Origin: a candidate division WOR-3 bacterium | Lineage (GTDB): Bacteria > Hydrothermota > Hydrothermia > B15-G9 | DNA length: 64,000 bases | Reading direction: 5' to 3' | NCBI GenBank assembly: GCA_015489175.1 | Contig: WGAI01000008.1 | Coordinates: forward strand, 2,457-66,456 | In this document: positions 34,654 through 44,600 of the stretch, piece after piece | How positions within the stretch are numbered: position 1 is the stretch's first letter | Layout: every line of letters starts with the position of its first letter | Program-made: the position numbers and the translations under genes | Notes under the pieces: model-generated | The model's database searches: none | Told to the model about the DNA's origin: nothing | Seen by the model: only the letters and a program-made list of their open reading frames with translations

Positions 34654-34723
34654 TCGACTTTAGCCATCAAAGTCGCTAATTTTCAAGTTGTTTCGAGGTG
34701 CCATCGCCTGTAAAATCATTGCC

Positions 34724-36478
34724 ATGCTAAGGACACATACTTGTGGCGAATTGAGAAAAAAACATGTTGGTTCGGAAGTTAGGTTGTGCGGTTGGATCCG
34801 CCGTCTGCGCGACATCGGTGGAGTGATATTTATCGATCTCAGAGACAGATACGGCAGAACTCAGATAGTGATCGAATCCGGAGCGGATTTTTTTGATGAA
34901 GTGAAATCGCTATCCTCGCAGGATGTGGTCTGCGTCGAAGGCGTCGTTCGCGCAAGGCCAGATGACATGATCAATCCCGAGATGGAAACCGGAGAGATCG
35001 AGGTCGTTGCAACGAAAGTCGAGTTACTCAACGAGTCAAAAACTCCTCCATTCGTCATCGAGGACAATATCAATGTTCAGGAAGAAACGCGCCTCAGATA
35101 CAGGTTTCTTGACCTCAGGCGTCCGATAATGCAGAAGAACATCATCCTGAAACATCGTGCCATGCAATCAGTGCGCAACTTCCTGTCGCAAAACGATTTC
35201 ATCGAGATAGAAACGCCATTCCTCACGAAAAGCACGCCCGAGGGTGCGCGCGACTTCCTCGTGCCGTCCAGAATACACAGGGGCAAGTTCTACGCACTGC
35301 CTCAATCTCCGCAGCTTTACAAACAGATTTTGATGGTTTCCGGCTTCGATCGGTATTTCCAGATAGTCAGATGCTTTCGAGACGAGGACTTGAGAGCTGA
35401 CCGTCAACCGGAATTCACCCAGATCGACCTTGAGATGAGCTTCGTCTCTCAGGACGATGTCATACAGCTGACCGAGTTGATGATGGCGGCCATGTTCAGG
35501 GACACGCTTGGCATCGAGCTCAAGACGCCGTTCATGAGGATGGACTATTTCGATGCCATGCGCCGATTTGGAATTGACAAGCCCGACCTGAGATACGGGA
35601 TGGAACTACTTGACCTCACGGATTATTTCAAAGGCACGGAACACAGAATCGTGGCATCGGCACTCGAGAAAGGGGACCGAGCGATCGCACTGCCTGTGAG
35701 CGCTGACCTGTCAAGAAAGGAGATAGACAGCCTGACGGAGTTTGTTAAGTCGGAAGGTGCGGGCGGCATGCTCTGGTTCAAATTCAAAGGCGGCAAAACG
35801 AGTGGCCAGCTCAGCAAGTTCGTCCCTGCCTCGATGCTGAAAGAATTAAAGCCAGATGACCCAAGCACATACCTGATACTGCTCGGCCCGGACATCGAAG
35901 TACATTCCATTGCGGGCAAACTCAGGGTCGAGGTAGCAAATCGCCTGAAATTGACCGAAAACATGCCCAACGAATGGCGTTTTCTGTGGGTGGTCGATTT
36001 CCCGTTGTTTGAGTGGAATCCCGACGAAAACAGGATCGAGCCAGCCCACCACATGTTCACGGCTCCCCACGAGGAAGACATCGACAAACTCGAAATTGAC
36101 CCGCTTTCGGTCAGGGCAACACACTATGACCTTGTGCTCAACGGGGTTGAGCTTGGCTCAGGCTCCATAAGGATTCACAACAGGAAGCTCCAGGAACGAA
36201 TTATGAAAATCATCGGATTTTCTGAGGAAGAGGCACAGAAGCGGTTCGGATTTCTGCTTGAAGCGCTCGAATACGGTGCACCGCCGCACGGCGGTATAGC
36301 GCTCGGATTCGACAGGATAGTCGCAATGATGGCTGGCGTGAGCTCTATACGAGATGTGATTGCGTTCCCGAAGACAACAGCTGCTCAGGCCCTGTTCGAA
36401 GGTGCGCCCGATAGGGTCGCTGAGGAGCAGCTGAAAGAACTCCACATAAAGGTGATTTACGATGAAGAAGAAAATTAA
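34724..36478 (+). CDS. aspS: Aspartate--tRNA ligase
   Basis: RTHTCGEL, FIDLRDRYG, RLRYRFLDLR, LPQSPQLYKQ, FRDEDLRADRQPEFTQ, GAPPHGGIALGFDR. Start at ATG 34724. Confidence 0.97.
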   Translation: MLRTHTCGELRKKHVGSEVRLCGWIRRLRDIGGVIFIDLRDRYGRTQIVIESGADFFDEVKSLSSQDVVCVEGVVRARPDDMINPEMETGEIEVVATKVELLNESKTPPFVIEDNINVQEETRLRYRFLDLRRPIMQKNIILKHRAMQSVRNFLSQNDFIEIETPFLTKSTPEGARDFLVPSRIHRGKFYALPQSPQLYKQILMVSGFDRYFQIVRCFRDEDLRADRQPEFTQIDLEMSFVSQDDVIQLTELMMAAMFRDTLGIELKTPFMRMDYFDAMRRFGIDKPDLRYGMELLDLTDYFKGTEHRIVASALEKGDRAIALPVSADLSRKEIDSLTEFVKSEGAGGMLWFKFKGGKTSGQLSKFVPASMLKELKPDDPSTYLILLGPDIEVHSIAGKLRVEVANRLKLTENMPNEWRFLWVVDFPLFEWNPDENRIEPAHHMFTAPHEEDIDKLEIDPLSVRATHYDLVLNGVELGSGSIRIHNRKLQERIMKIIGFSEEEAQKRFGFLLEALEYGAPPHGGIALGFDRIVAMMAGVSSIRDVIAFPKTTAAQALFEGAPDRVAEEQLKELHIKVIYDEEEN

Positions 36479-37427
36479 AAAGGGGAACGGGCAGGATGCC
36501 CCTGTTCAGAATAAAAAGAGCAAAAAAGAGGAAGAACGGAAGGATAGGCGGCAGGATAAGGGATTTACCAACGGGTTTACCTTGATGTTCATCCCGACGA
36601 GAGGTGACATCAAGCAGTTCTTCATATCACAGACAACCGCGCGCATAATCATCGGAATGCTTGTCGTGCTGGTGATTTCGGCGGTTGCCGCCGTAGCCAC
36701 ATACTCAAGGCTCGTGATGACGGCATCCAGAGTCTTCATGCTTCAGGAAGAGAACCGCAAACTCAGAGAGGAAGTCAGCACAATAGATAGCATCAAATCG
36801 GAGCTCGTGTATCTTCAACAGTTTCGCGAGCAGGTGTTGAGGATGATGGGGGCCGACTCGGCCACCATCGAGAGGCTGCGCAAGATGACCTACAACGAAC
36901 TCGTTCAGCTCTATCCTGAAATGGGATCACCCATCACGATGGCAGAAGGCGGTGGTGAACCGGATACCGCTCAGAATGAAGTTAGCACTCCCGACATCAA
37001 CAACATGCCAGCACCTCGACCTTCTCATCCCAGATCGACAGGGCTTTCAACCACAATCCCTAACGGATTGCCCGTCATGACTAAGATCTACCGCATCTCG
37101 CTTGGATTTAAAGGGCCACATACAGGCATTGACATAGCAACGAGATACAACACGCCGGTCATAGCGACGGCGGACGGTATCGTCGAGGATGTCAGCGAGG
37201 ACTCCGTTTACGGAAAACATGTGCTTCTGAAACACAAAAACGGCTACGAGACGCTCTACGCACACATGAGCAGCGTCAGGGTGACCAAGGGCGAACGGGT
37301 CAGGAAGGGGCAAATTCTTGGCTTCGTGGGCATGACCGGACACACAACCGGCCCGCATGTCCACTACGAGGTCAGGCTTAAAGGCATTCCCGTAAATCCT
37401 GCACCTTACCTGAAGGTCGGAGGTTAA
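36462..37427 (+). CDS. M23 family metallopeptidase (TM + coiled coil)
   Basis: HTGID, V.ATADG, YAHM, G.TG.TTGPHVHYEV. Confidence 0.92.
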   Translation: MKKKIKKGNGQDAPVQNKKSKKEEERKDRRQDKGFTNGFTLMFIPTRGDIKQFFISQTTARIIIGMLVVLVISAVAAVATYSRLVMTASRVFMLQEENRKLREEVSTIDSIKSELVYLQQFREQVLRMMGADSATIERLRKMTYNELVQLYPEMGSPITMAEGGGEPDTAQNEVSTPDINNMPAPRPSHPRSTGLSTTIPNGLPVMTKIYRISLGFKGPHTGIDIATRYNTPVIATADGIVEDVSEDSVYGKHVLLKHKNGYETLYAHMSSVRVTKGERVRKGQILGFVGMTGHTTGPHVHYEVRLKGIPVNPAPYLKVGG

Positions 37428-37428
37428 T

Positions 37429-39201
37429 ATGTCGTTGATTTCAATTGTGTTGATGGCAGTCGTGTCGGCATCGCCGGATAGCGGCAGGTCGCAGGTGATA
37501 TCGCCCGACTCAATCTATCACACCCTGCTCGGCACATACCTGCAATACATGGGCGAAAGCGACAGCGCACTCCATTTCCTTCAGAGCGTCGGCGCAACAA
37601 AGTTGACTCTGGAACTCTTGCTATCCAACAACATGCCCGACAGCGCAATAAAGATCGCTCGCAGAGCACTTTCGGAAAAACCTGACCGTGATGTCTGGAT
37701 CTACTTGATACAGGCGTATTTTCTCAAGAACGAGATCGATACGGTGCGCATTGAGTTGGATAAACTCATGCAGTTTGCGCCGAACGACCCCGTCGTCAAG
37801 GCGTTCGCCGGACGCGTTTATGCCAACATCGGCGAGCCCGAAAAGGCCATCGAGCTGCTGGAAGAAGCCGTCAAACAGATGCCAGACTCGACCTCCCTCC
37901 TGCGTGCGCTCGGCCTGTCATTTCTCCTCGCAAACGAACCTGATTCGGCGATTTTCTACCTCGAGAAATACGATTCCACGACCACATCCGGTTCCGATCC
38001 AGAGCTTTTGATCGCCCTGGCATCAGCTTACGAGAAAAAAGGCGATTTCCAGAAGGCGACGCAGCTTTACGAGTATTACATGAACATGGTCGGCATAGCG
38101 GACCTTACCACGGCTATGCATCTCGCCAATTTATACAAACTTACGGGCAAGTGCGACAAAGCCATCCAGATGGCGGAGGAGCTCACAAAGACATTCATGC
38201 TTGACCCGAAACTCTATTCAATTCTCGCTACATGTTACGACCAGACTGGCAACCTGCCAAAAGCGTTGAGAAGCGCCGTAACAGCCGTTTATCTCGATCC
38301 GAAAAATGCAAAAGCGCACTACACACTTGCACGGATAGCATACGAGATCGGAAACACCGACATGGCGCTGAAAGAGACCAAACTGGCAGTGAAATACGAC
38401 AAACATAACGAGGATTACAGGCTGCTTGAGGCCATGATTTACCTGCTCAAAGAGAAGCCAAAGAAGGCCTGTCGGATAGCCAAAAAGCTCAAAAACAACG
38501 CCCGCGCGGCATGGGTGTGCTACTATATCAACCTGAATTACAGGAATGACACGCTCGAAGCGCTCGATTGGATCGAAAAGGCATACAGGCTATCGCCAGA
38601 AATGAGTTACGGCGTGACTTATGCTCTTCTGCTGGACGATGTAGGACAGAGAGAAAGGGCGGACACCTTGCTTGAAGAGCTCATAAAGCAGTTTCCGGAT
38701 TCCGCATCGGTTTGGGTCGCTTACGCCAGACACAACTACGACACCGATGTTGTGGCAGCAGATTCCGCTTACAGAAAGGCGGCGGCCATCGACAGCGGCA
38801 ACCCGGTCATACTGAACAACTGGGCTTATATGCTGGCGAAACATAACTCACGCATCGAGGAGGCGGACTCGCTCATCGACCTTGCACTCGCAAAGGATTC
38901 CACATCTCACTATTTCCTCGACACAAAGGCGTGGGTGCTTTACCGAAAAGGCGAATACAAGGAGGCCGCCAGATTTGAGGAGATGGCGCTCCAGAAGAAT
39001 CCGGATGATGCGGAATACAACGAGCACATGGGGTTCATCCTTCAGGCGCTGGGCAAGAACGGAGAGGCCATAAAATACTTCGAGAAGGCGCTCAAGCTCG
39101 ACTCATCGAGGAAATACCTGCGCAAAATAATCGAGCAACTCAAAAAATCTGCGGGACCCGATGATAGTGATCGGGATAACGGGGATACCGGGAAGCGGTA
39201 A
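37429..39201 (+). CDS. Exported tetratricopeptide repeat protein
   Basis: Signal peptide; many TPRs; C-terminal LNNWAY...DT.AW..Y..G signature. Confidence 0.88.
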   Translation: MSLISIVLMAVVSASPDSGRSQVISPDSIYHTLLGTYLQYMGESDSALHFLQSVGATKLTLELLLSNNMPDSAIKIARRALSEKPDRDVWIYLIQAYFLKNEIDTVRIELDKLMQFAPNDPVVKAFAGRVYANIGEPEKAIELLEEAVKQMPDSTSLLRALGLSFLLANEPDSAIFYLEKYDSTTTSGSDPELLIALASAYEKKGDFQKATQLYEYYMNMVGIADLTTAMHLANLYKLTGKCDKAIQMAEELTKTFMLDPKLYSILATCYDQTGNLPKALRSAVTAVYLDPKNAKAHYTLARIAYEIGNTDMALKETKLAVKYDKHNEDYRLLEAMIYLLKEKPKKACRIAKKLKNNARAAWVCYYINLNYRNDTLEALDWIEKAYRLSPEMSYGVTYALLLDDVGQRERADTLLEELIKQFPDSASVWVAYARHNYDTDVVAADSAYRKAAAIDSGNPVILNNWAYMLAKHNSRIEEADSLIDLALAKDSTSHYFLDTKAWVLYRKGEYKEAARFEEMALQKNPDDAEYNEHMGFILQALGKNGEAIKYFEKALKLDSSRKYLRKIIEQLKKSAGPDDSDRDNGDTGKR

Positions 39202-39748
39202 ATCCACCGTCGCATCTCTCCTTGTCCCGTCCAGAAACATCGTCGATATGGACAGGTTGGGGAAGACGGCGACGGTCATGTCGAGACACGACATCGAGGC
39301 GACATTCGGTAAGGGGTTCTTCGACAGGGATGGCAACCTGATCCCGCGCAAACTCGGCCATTTCATATTCGTCAAGCATCCGGAGCTCATTCCGAAATTC
39401 AACTCTATCGTCCATCCAAAATTGAAAGACCTTGTAATTGAGGCAGTTCAACGGAAATCGGGCGATGAGATCGTTGTCGTTGACGGCGCCCTTCTGTTCG
39501 AGCTCGGCCTCGACAGCCTCTGTGACAAAATCGTAGCGGTGAAAGCGCCTCTGGAGGAGGCGATGCGCAGGTTTGTCGCCCGCACGGATTACCCTGAAAG
39601 TGCGTTCTGGAATATGCTGCAACATCAGCTGCCTCAGGAGGAAAAAGTGAGACGAGCCAATTTTGTGATTTACAACGATTCCGATGCGGAAAATCTCAAG
39701 CAACAGGTAGAAAACCTCCGCAAAATATTAGTTCTGCCCTCCAATTGA
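39161..39748 (+). CDS. coaE: Dephospho-CoA kinase
   Basis: IGITGIPGSGKST, D.D, VHP, DGALLFE, Q..K...A.FVI.N. Confidence 0.92.
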   Translation: MIVIGITGIPGSGKSTVASLLVPSRNIVDMDRLGKTATVMSRHDIEATFGKGFFDRDGNLIPRKLGHFIFVKHPELIPKFNSIVHPKLKDLVIEAVQRKSGDEIVVVDGALLFELGLDSLCDKIVAVKAPLEEAMRRFVARTDYPESAFWNMLQHQLPQEEKVRRANFVIYNDSDAENLKQQVENLRKILVLPSN

Positions 39749-39750
39749 AA

Positions 39751-39779
39751 AGAGGGGAGCTAAACGCCCCCCTCTCCTT
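39751..39779. terminator. Hairpin between convergent coaE and fhs
   Basis: Imperfect purine/pyrimidine stem agaggggagc...gccccctctc with T-runs on both flanks. Confidence 0.5.
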
Positions 39780-39802
39780 TTCCGTGGTAATTGCAATTTT
39801 TA

Positions 39803-41473
39803 TCAGAACAAGCCCGTTATGACGCCATTCTCATCGATGTCAACATTGACAGCAGCTGGCACTTTCGGCAGGCCCGGCATGGTCATGATGTCGCCGGTGA
39901 CGGGAATCACGAACCTCGCGCCAGCAGAAAACCTGACCTCACGCACATTTATGCGGAAGTTGCGCGGGCGTCCCAATTTCTTCGGATCATCGGAGATCGA
40001 ATACTGGGTCTTGGCCATGCAGATGAATGCATCTCTGTAACCGAGGTCTTCGAGCTTCTTGAGTGTCCTTTTGGCTTTCGGTGAGAAATCGACGCCTTCC
40101 GCACCGTAAACCTCGACCGCTATCTTGGTTATCTTCTCTTCCAGAGGGTCATCAATAGCATAGGTTGGTTTCAGTTCAGCATTGCTATTTTCAACGGTTT
40201 CAAGGACTTTGCGGGCGAGTTCGATGCCTCCTTCGCCGCCTTTCGCCCAGACCTCTGAGAGCGCCCACGGCACACCCAGCGAATCGAGTTTGTCGCCGAT
40301 GGCTTTGATCTCGGCCTCCGTATCGGTCGGGAACCTGTTGAGTGCCACGACCGGAGGTATGCCCCATTTCCTGACATTCTCGATGTGTTTCTCAAGGTTT
40401 TCAAAGCCCTTGAGCGCGGCCTCAACATTCTCGGCGTCAAGGTTTTTCTTGGAAACTCCGCCGTGGAATTTCATCGCGCGAATGGATGCTACGATGACAG
40501 CCGCTTTCGGCGTCCAGTTCCCAAGTCTGGAGACGATGTTGATGAACTTCTCGGCTCCGAGGTCAGCACCAAAGCCCGCTTCTGTGATGACGATGTCGGC
40601 CAATTTCCTTGCTATCCTTGTGGCGAGTATGGAGTTCGTGCCATGTGCGATGTTGCCGAACGGGCCGGTGTGGATGAACGCAGGCGTGTTTTCGATGGTC
40701 TGCACGAGGTTGGGTTTGATCGCGTCGCGCAGAAGTGCGGCCATAGCGCCGTTTGCTTTGAGCTGGCGTGCATAAACCGGCTCCCGCTTCATGTTGTATC
40801 CGACGATTATGTTGCCGAGCCTCTCTTTGAGATCGACATAGTTCAGGGACAAGGCCAGAATTGCCATGATCTCGCTTGCAGGCGTGATGTCAAATCCGTC
40901 CTGACGCGGGAAACCGTTTGGCTTGCCGCCAAGCGCAACGACGATGTCCCTGAGTGCGCGGTCGTTCATGTCTATTGTGCGGCGCCATGTGATCTGCCTT
41001 AGGTCGAGGCCAAGCTCATTGCCCTGATGTATGTGGTTGTCGATCATGGCCGACAACAGGTTGTGGGCGGACGAAACTGCGTGGAAATCACCTGTGAAGT
41101 GGAGGTTGATGTCCTCCATAGGCAGCACCTGCGAGTAGCCGCCTCCTGCAGCTCCACCTTTCACTCCAAAAACCGGGCCAAGCGAAGGCTCACGGAGGGT
41201 CACGATCGCCTTTTTGCCGATACGGTTGAGAGCCTGAACCAGACCTATCGAGGTCGTAGTTTTGCCCTCTCCAGCAGGTGTCGGGTTCATTGCCGTGACA
41301 AGGACAAGCGGCGCATCCTCCTTGTCCGCAAGCCTGTTCAGTATGGAGAGAGACACCTTGGCTTTGTATTTGCCATAAAGCTCCAGCTCATCCTCAAGAA
41401 TGCCAGCCTTTGCAGCTATCTCAGTTATTGGCAACAATTTTGCTTCATGGGCGATCTCAATATCGGTCTTCAT
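39803..41473 (-). CDS. fhs: Formate--tetrahydrofolate ligase
   Basis: [67 protein letters not shown]. Start at ATG 41473. Confidence 0.97.
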   Translation of the reverse strand: MKTDIEIAHEAKLLPITEIAAKAGILEDELELYGKYKAKVSLSILNRLADKEDAPLVLVTAMNPTPAGEGKTTTSIGLVQALNRIGKKAIVTLREPSLGPVFGVKGGAAGGGYSQVLPMEDINLHFTGDFHAVSSAHNLLSAMIDNHIHQGNELGLDLRQITWRRTIDMNDRALRDIVVALGGKPNGFPRQDGFDITPASEIMAILALSLNYVDLKERLGNIIVGYNMKREPVYARQLKANGAMAALLRDAIKPNLVQTIENTPAFIHTGPFGNIAHGTNSILATRIARKLADIVITEAGFGADLGAEKFINIVSRLGNWTPKAAVIVASIRAMKFHGGVSKKNLDAENVEAALKGFENLEKHIENVRKWGIPPVVALNRFPTDTEAEIKAIGDKLDSLGVPWALSEVWAKGGEGGIELARKVLETVENSNAELKPTYAIDDPLEEKITKIAVEVYGAEGVDFSPKAKRTLKKLEDLGYRDAFICMAKTQYSISDDPKKLGRPRNFRINVREVRFSAGARFVIPVTGDIMTMPGLPKVPAAVNVDIDENGVITGLF

Positions 41474-41540
41474 GAGCTCCTCCTTTAAATTTTGGTTTCG
41501 CAAATTATAACGGGTTCAGAATCTTAGAATCAAAACCATT

Positions 41541-42992
41541 TCACCCGACAATCATCTTGCGATACAATTCGATGTATTTCTTCGCAGATGCATTCCACGA
41601 GAAATCCAACTTCATGCCGCGCTCAACAATAGTCCGCCATTCGCTGCGTCTGGCATAGGTAGAAATCGCGCGCTTTATCGCATCAAGCAGGGCAGCACCT
41701 TCATATTGCTCGAACACGAAGCCATAGCCCTCGTCGGGGTTCTCTGTGTAATCCACAATCGTGTCCGCAAGCCCGCCCGTCTTTCTGACCACAGGGATGG
41801 AGCCGTATCTCAAAGCTATCATCTGACCGAGTCCGCACGGTTCATATCTGGACGGCATGAGGAACATGTCCGAAGCGGCGTAAATCTTACGCGCAAGCAC
41901 TGGATCAAAGCCTATGGTGACAGCGAACTTGTCGGGATACCTTCTGGCTATATCGACAAACATGTCCTGATAAGCCTTATCGCCCGAACCGAGAACGACG
42001 AACTGAAGCTCAAGGTCAGCGATGTCGTCGAGCACATCTTTGATAATGTCAAATCCTTTCTGCGCCGCCATCCTCGAAACTATGCCGATAAGCGGCACAT
42101 CGGGCTTGTAAGGCAGCTTCTGCTCTTCCAGAAGCCGCTTTTTATTCTCGCTTTTTCCCTCCTCGAAGTCCTCGACCGAGTAATTGGCAAATATATGCTG
42201 ATCTGTTGCGGGATTCCACGCCTCATAATCAATTCCGTTCAGGATGCCGTATAGGTCGGCCGAGCGCTTTCTCAAAATTCCTTCAAGGCCGTAACCGTAT
42301 TCGGGCGTCTGTATCTCTTTTGCGTATGTCGGGCTCACCGTGTTTATTGCGTCGGAATAGACAATGCCGCCCTTCAGGTAATTGACATTTCCGTAAAATT
42401 CGAGCGCTTCCATGTGGAACACGCTCCACGGCAGGCCTATCTGAGGCAGCACCCACGAGCCAAAAACCCCCTGATACGCAATGTTATGGATGGTCAAAAG
42501 CACTTTCGTGTTCGACAATGACCCATCATCGGAATAAACCTCTTTCAAATAGACCGGCACAAGCGATGTCTGCCAATCGTTGATGTGGATAACATCTGGT
42601 ATGAAACCTAAAGGCTTCAACATCTCTATTATCGCCTTTGAGAAGAACGCAAATCTGAGCCAGTTATCCTCGTAATCGCCCTCAGGTGTGCCATAGAGGT
42701 TGTCCCGGTCGAAGAACTCACGCTCGTCGATGAAATAGACGGGCATCGAGTCGTAATCCGCAACATCGACATAACCGACCCGCCTCTTTCCGGCCATCTC
42801 GAACTCCAGCTGGACGCCTGTGGAGCTCAGGTTAAATCTGCACCTGTCAATTTTTCTGGTGTAAAGCGGCATTGCGAGCCTGACATCCACGCCAAGCTTT
42901 TTCAATGCCCTCGGCAGACTGCCAGCCACATCAGCAAGGCCACCGGTCTTTGCAAATGGGTAAATTTCCGACGATACGAGCAACACCTTCAT
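41541..42992 (-). CDS. glgA: Glycogen synthase (GT5)
   Basis: KTGGLADV, H.NDWQT, TIHNIAYQG, NGID, QKGFD, PSRYEPCGL.QM. Confidence 0.96.
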   Translation of the reverse strand: MKVLLVSSEIYPFAKTGGLADVAGSLPRALKKLGVDVRLAMPLYTRKIDRCRFNLSSTGVQLEFEMAGKRRVGYVDVADYDSMPVYFIDEREFFDRDNLYGTPEGDYEDNWLRFAFFSKAIIEMLKPLGFIPDVIHINDWQTSLVPVYLKEVYSDDGSLSNTKVLLTIHNIAYQGVFGSWVLPQIGLPWSVFHMEALEFYGNVNYLKGGIVYSDAINTVSPTYAKEIQTPEYGYGLEGILRKRSADLYGILNGIDYEAWNPATDQHIFANYSVEDFEEGKSENKKRLLEEQKLPYKPDVPLIGIVSRMAAQKGFDIIKDVLDDIADLELQFVVLGSGDKAYQDMFVDIARRYPDKFAVTIGFDPVLARKIYAASDMFLMPSRYEPCGLGQMIALRYGSIPVVRKTGGLADTIVDYTENPDEGYGFVFEQYEGAALLDAIKRAISTYARRSEWRTIVERGMKLDFSWNASAKKYIELYRKMIVG

Positions 42993-43594
42993 TCATCTTT
43001 CTCCTTTTTGAAGTGGTAAACAATTGTAAACCATCTTGTGGCCGCCGAACTTGAGAAACGGGCGTTCATCGCCGAGCTCAACGCCGATGACTCGAACAGG
43101 ATGTTACTGCTCTCCCTGACCTTCGCCTCGATTACGGAGCCATCAGACCCAACATGCACATCGACAATAACTTTACCACTATCTATGCCGTAGGAATCCG
43201 CCTTTTCGGGGAAGACTGGAGGCGGTATCCAGTTGTCCATGTCCGAGACCGGTATCGAAATGGGGAACCAGACCTCGACGGGATTTCCGGCCGAGTCGCG
43301 GGCTGGCTCAAATTCCATACCCTTTATCGACGCCATGATCGCCTCCTTGAGCTCAGGGTCAAGCGTATCCCTGAACCTTGCCGCAATCGCATGGCCTGTT
43401 GTATCCACCAGCACATTGACGACAACCACGGTGTTTATGGTCTTGAGCTTTGAATCATTCGGAAAGGCTGGCTCCACAAACTTCACCAATTTCGGCTTTT
43501 TGTCCACGCCTGTTAAAGGATACGGACGGGTCGGCCCGTCTATTGGAAAAATAAATTGACCAATAACCAAAATAGCAATCGGCATTGTAATCAT
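42989..43594 (-). CDS. TonB C-terminal domain protein with two TonB_C-like repeats
   Basis: P.L......P.FP...V.V.VLVD..G and P.FP.......V.V.V.V..DG.V..A.V..S repeats; coupled to glgA. Confidence 0.7.
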   Translation of the reverse strand: MITMPIAILVIGQFIFPIDGPTRPYPLTGVDKKPKLVKFVEPAFPNDSKLKTINTVVVVNVLVDTTGHAIAARFRDTLDPELKEAIMASIKGMEFEPARDSAGNPVEVWFPISIPVSDMDNWIPPPVFPEKADSYGIDSGKVIVDVHVGSDGSVIEAKVRESSNILFESSALSSAMNARFSSSAATRWFTIVYHFKKEKDE

Positions 43595-43626
43595 CCTTTC
43601 CACCTCCTAACGAGCTGTTTAATGGA

Positions 43627-44523
43627 TTATCTCAGAACAGGTAAAGCTCTTTTGTGTATCTTTATCCTGACCTCATTGACAGGTTTGGGAGAAACTTCCC
43701 CATCGAGATGGTAGAAAACTGGTCTGTCCGAAACGATCTCAATGTCATGAGGTGTTTGAAAGTAAATCACTTCCGGTTCGTTCAGGTGGGCGCCTTTGAG
43801 CACGAGCCACATCTTTTTCAGGAAAACATGGGGTTTAACCCGCTTTATCAGATCAACATCGATGATGCCATCATCAATTTGAGCATGAGGAAACAGATGG
43901 AATCCTCCCCCAACGAACTGACCGCACCCCACGCCGCACACATGAAAATGGTCCGAAATGACCTTATCGCCCGTCTTGAGGGTAAGTAGAGGCGGGACAA
44001 ACGAAAAAAAGCTTTTGATCACGCCAACTATGTAAAGGAGATCACCTCTTAAAAGCGGGATTTTCCTGATAACGCTCGCGACATGTGCATCAAATCCCAT
44101 GCCAAATCCGTTGAAAACCGGACGACTCTGTATCCCATCCTCAACCATGCAAACATCCACCCACTCGACACGGTGTTTTTCAAGGACAGAATCGATGACC
44201 TTTTTCCAATCCCGATCTTCGTCGTGAACGGCTTTGGAGTAATCGTTCCCCGTCCCAAACGGTATGACAAACAAGGGTTTGTCCGACCCAAACAGTCCCC
44301 ATGCGACCTCGTTAAGGGTGCCATCGCCACCAGCAGCCATCACAGCGTAGATGTCGTCCCTATCCGCGAGCTTGCGCGCAAGTTCCTTTCCGTGACCAGG
44401 TCTCTGCGTAAGATGGACCTCCACTTCAACACCTCTGGATATCAGGTGTTCCTTGAGGTCAGGCAACCTTTTATAGGCAGAACCTCGTCCTGCGACCGGA
44501 TTGAGAATGATGCCGATTTTCAC
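43627..44523 (-). CDS. Diacylglycerol/lipid kinase family protein (YegS/BmrU)
   Basis: NPVAGRG, GGDGTLNE, P.GTGNDY, G.GFDA, FGGG, DGE. Confidence 0.92.
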   Translation of the reverse strand: MKIGIILNPVAGRGSAYKRLPDLKEHLISRGVEVEVHLTQRPGHGKELARKLADRDDIYAVMAAGGDGTLNEVAWGLFGSDKPLFVIPFGTGNDYSKAVHDEDRDWKKVIDSVLEKHRVEWVDVCMVEDGIQSRPVFNGFGMGFDAHVASVIRKIPLLRGDLLYIVGVIKSFFSFVPPLLTLKTGDKVISDHFHVCGVGCGQFVGGGFHLFPHAQIDDGIIDVDLIKRVKPHVFLKKMWLVLKGAHLNEPEVIYFQTPHDIEIVSDRPVFYHLDGEVSPKPVNEVRIKIHKRALPVLR

Positions 44524-44531
44524 AATTCAGT

Positions 44532-44560
44532 ATAATAAAAGCACTCCCCATAGAGGTCAA
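44532..44560 (-). promoter_or_regulatory. sigma70 promoter of the lipid kinase-tonB-glgA operon (near-leaderless)
   Basis: Minus strand TTGACC-17 nt-TATTAT, 8 nt before the GTG start. Confidence 0.55.
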
Positions 44561-44600
44561 CAAAATGACTGAGGCCGCATGAAACTCTCCGCTTAACGGA

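Noticed and set aside
34431-34679. 82-aa plus-strand ORF upstream of aspS; also a T-box or riboswitch reading of this region
   Set aside because: No protein features and no T-box motif. The region is better explained by a minus-strand ncRNA with its own promoter and terminator.
39161-39201. Gene overlaps (TPR/coaE 41 nt; rpsE/rpmD 50 nt; pilT/kinase 29 nt)
   Set aside because: Short terminal overlaps are common in compact operons and partly reflect start-site uncertainty.
39803-41473. fhs as evidence for a Wood-Ljungdahl pathway
   Set aside because: No folD, metF, acsB or fdh genes in the window; Fhs alone is common in one-carbon salvage.
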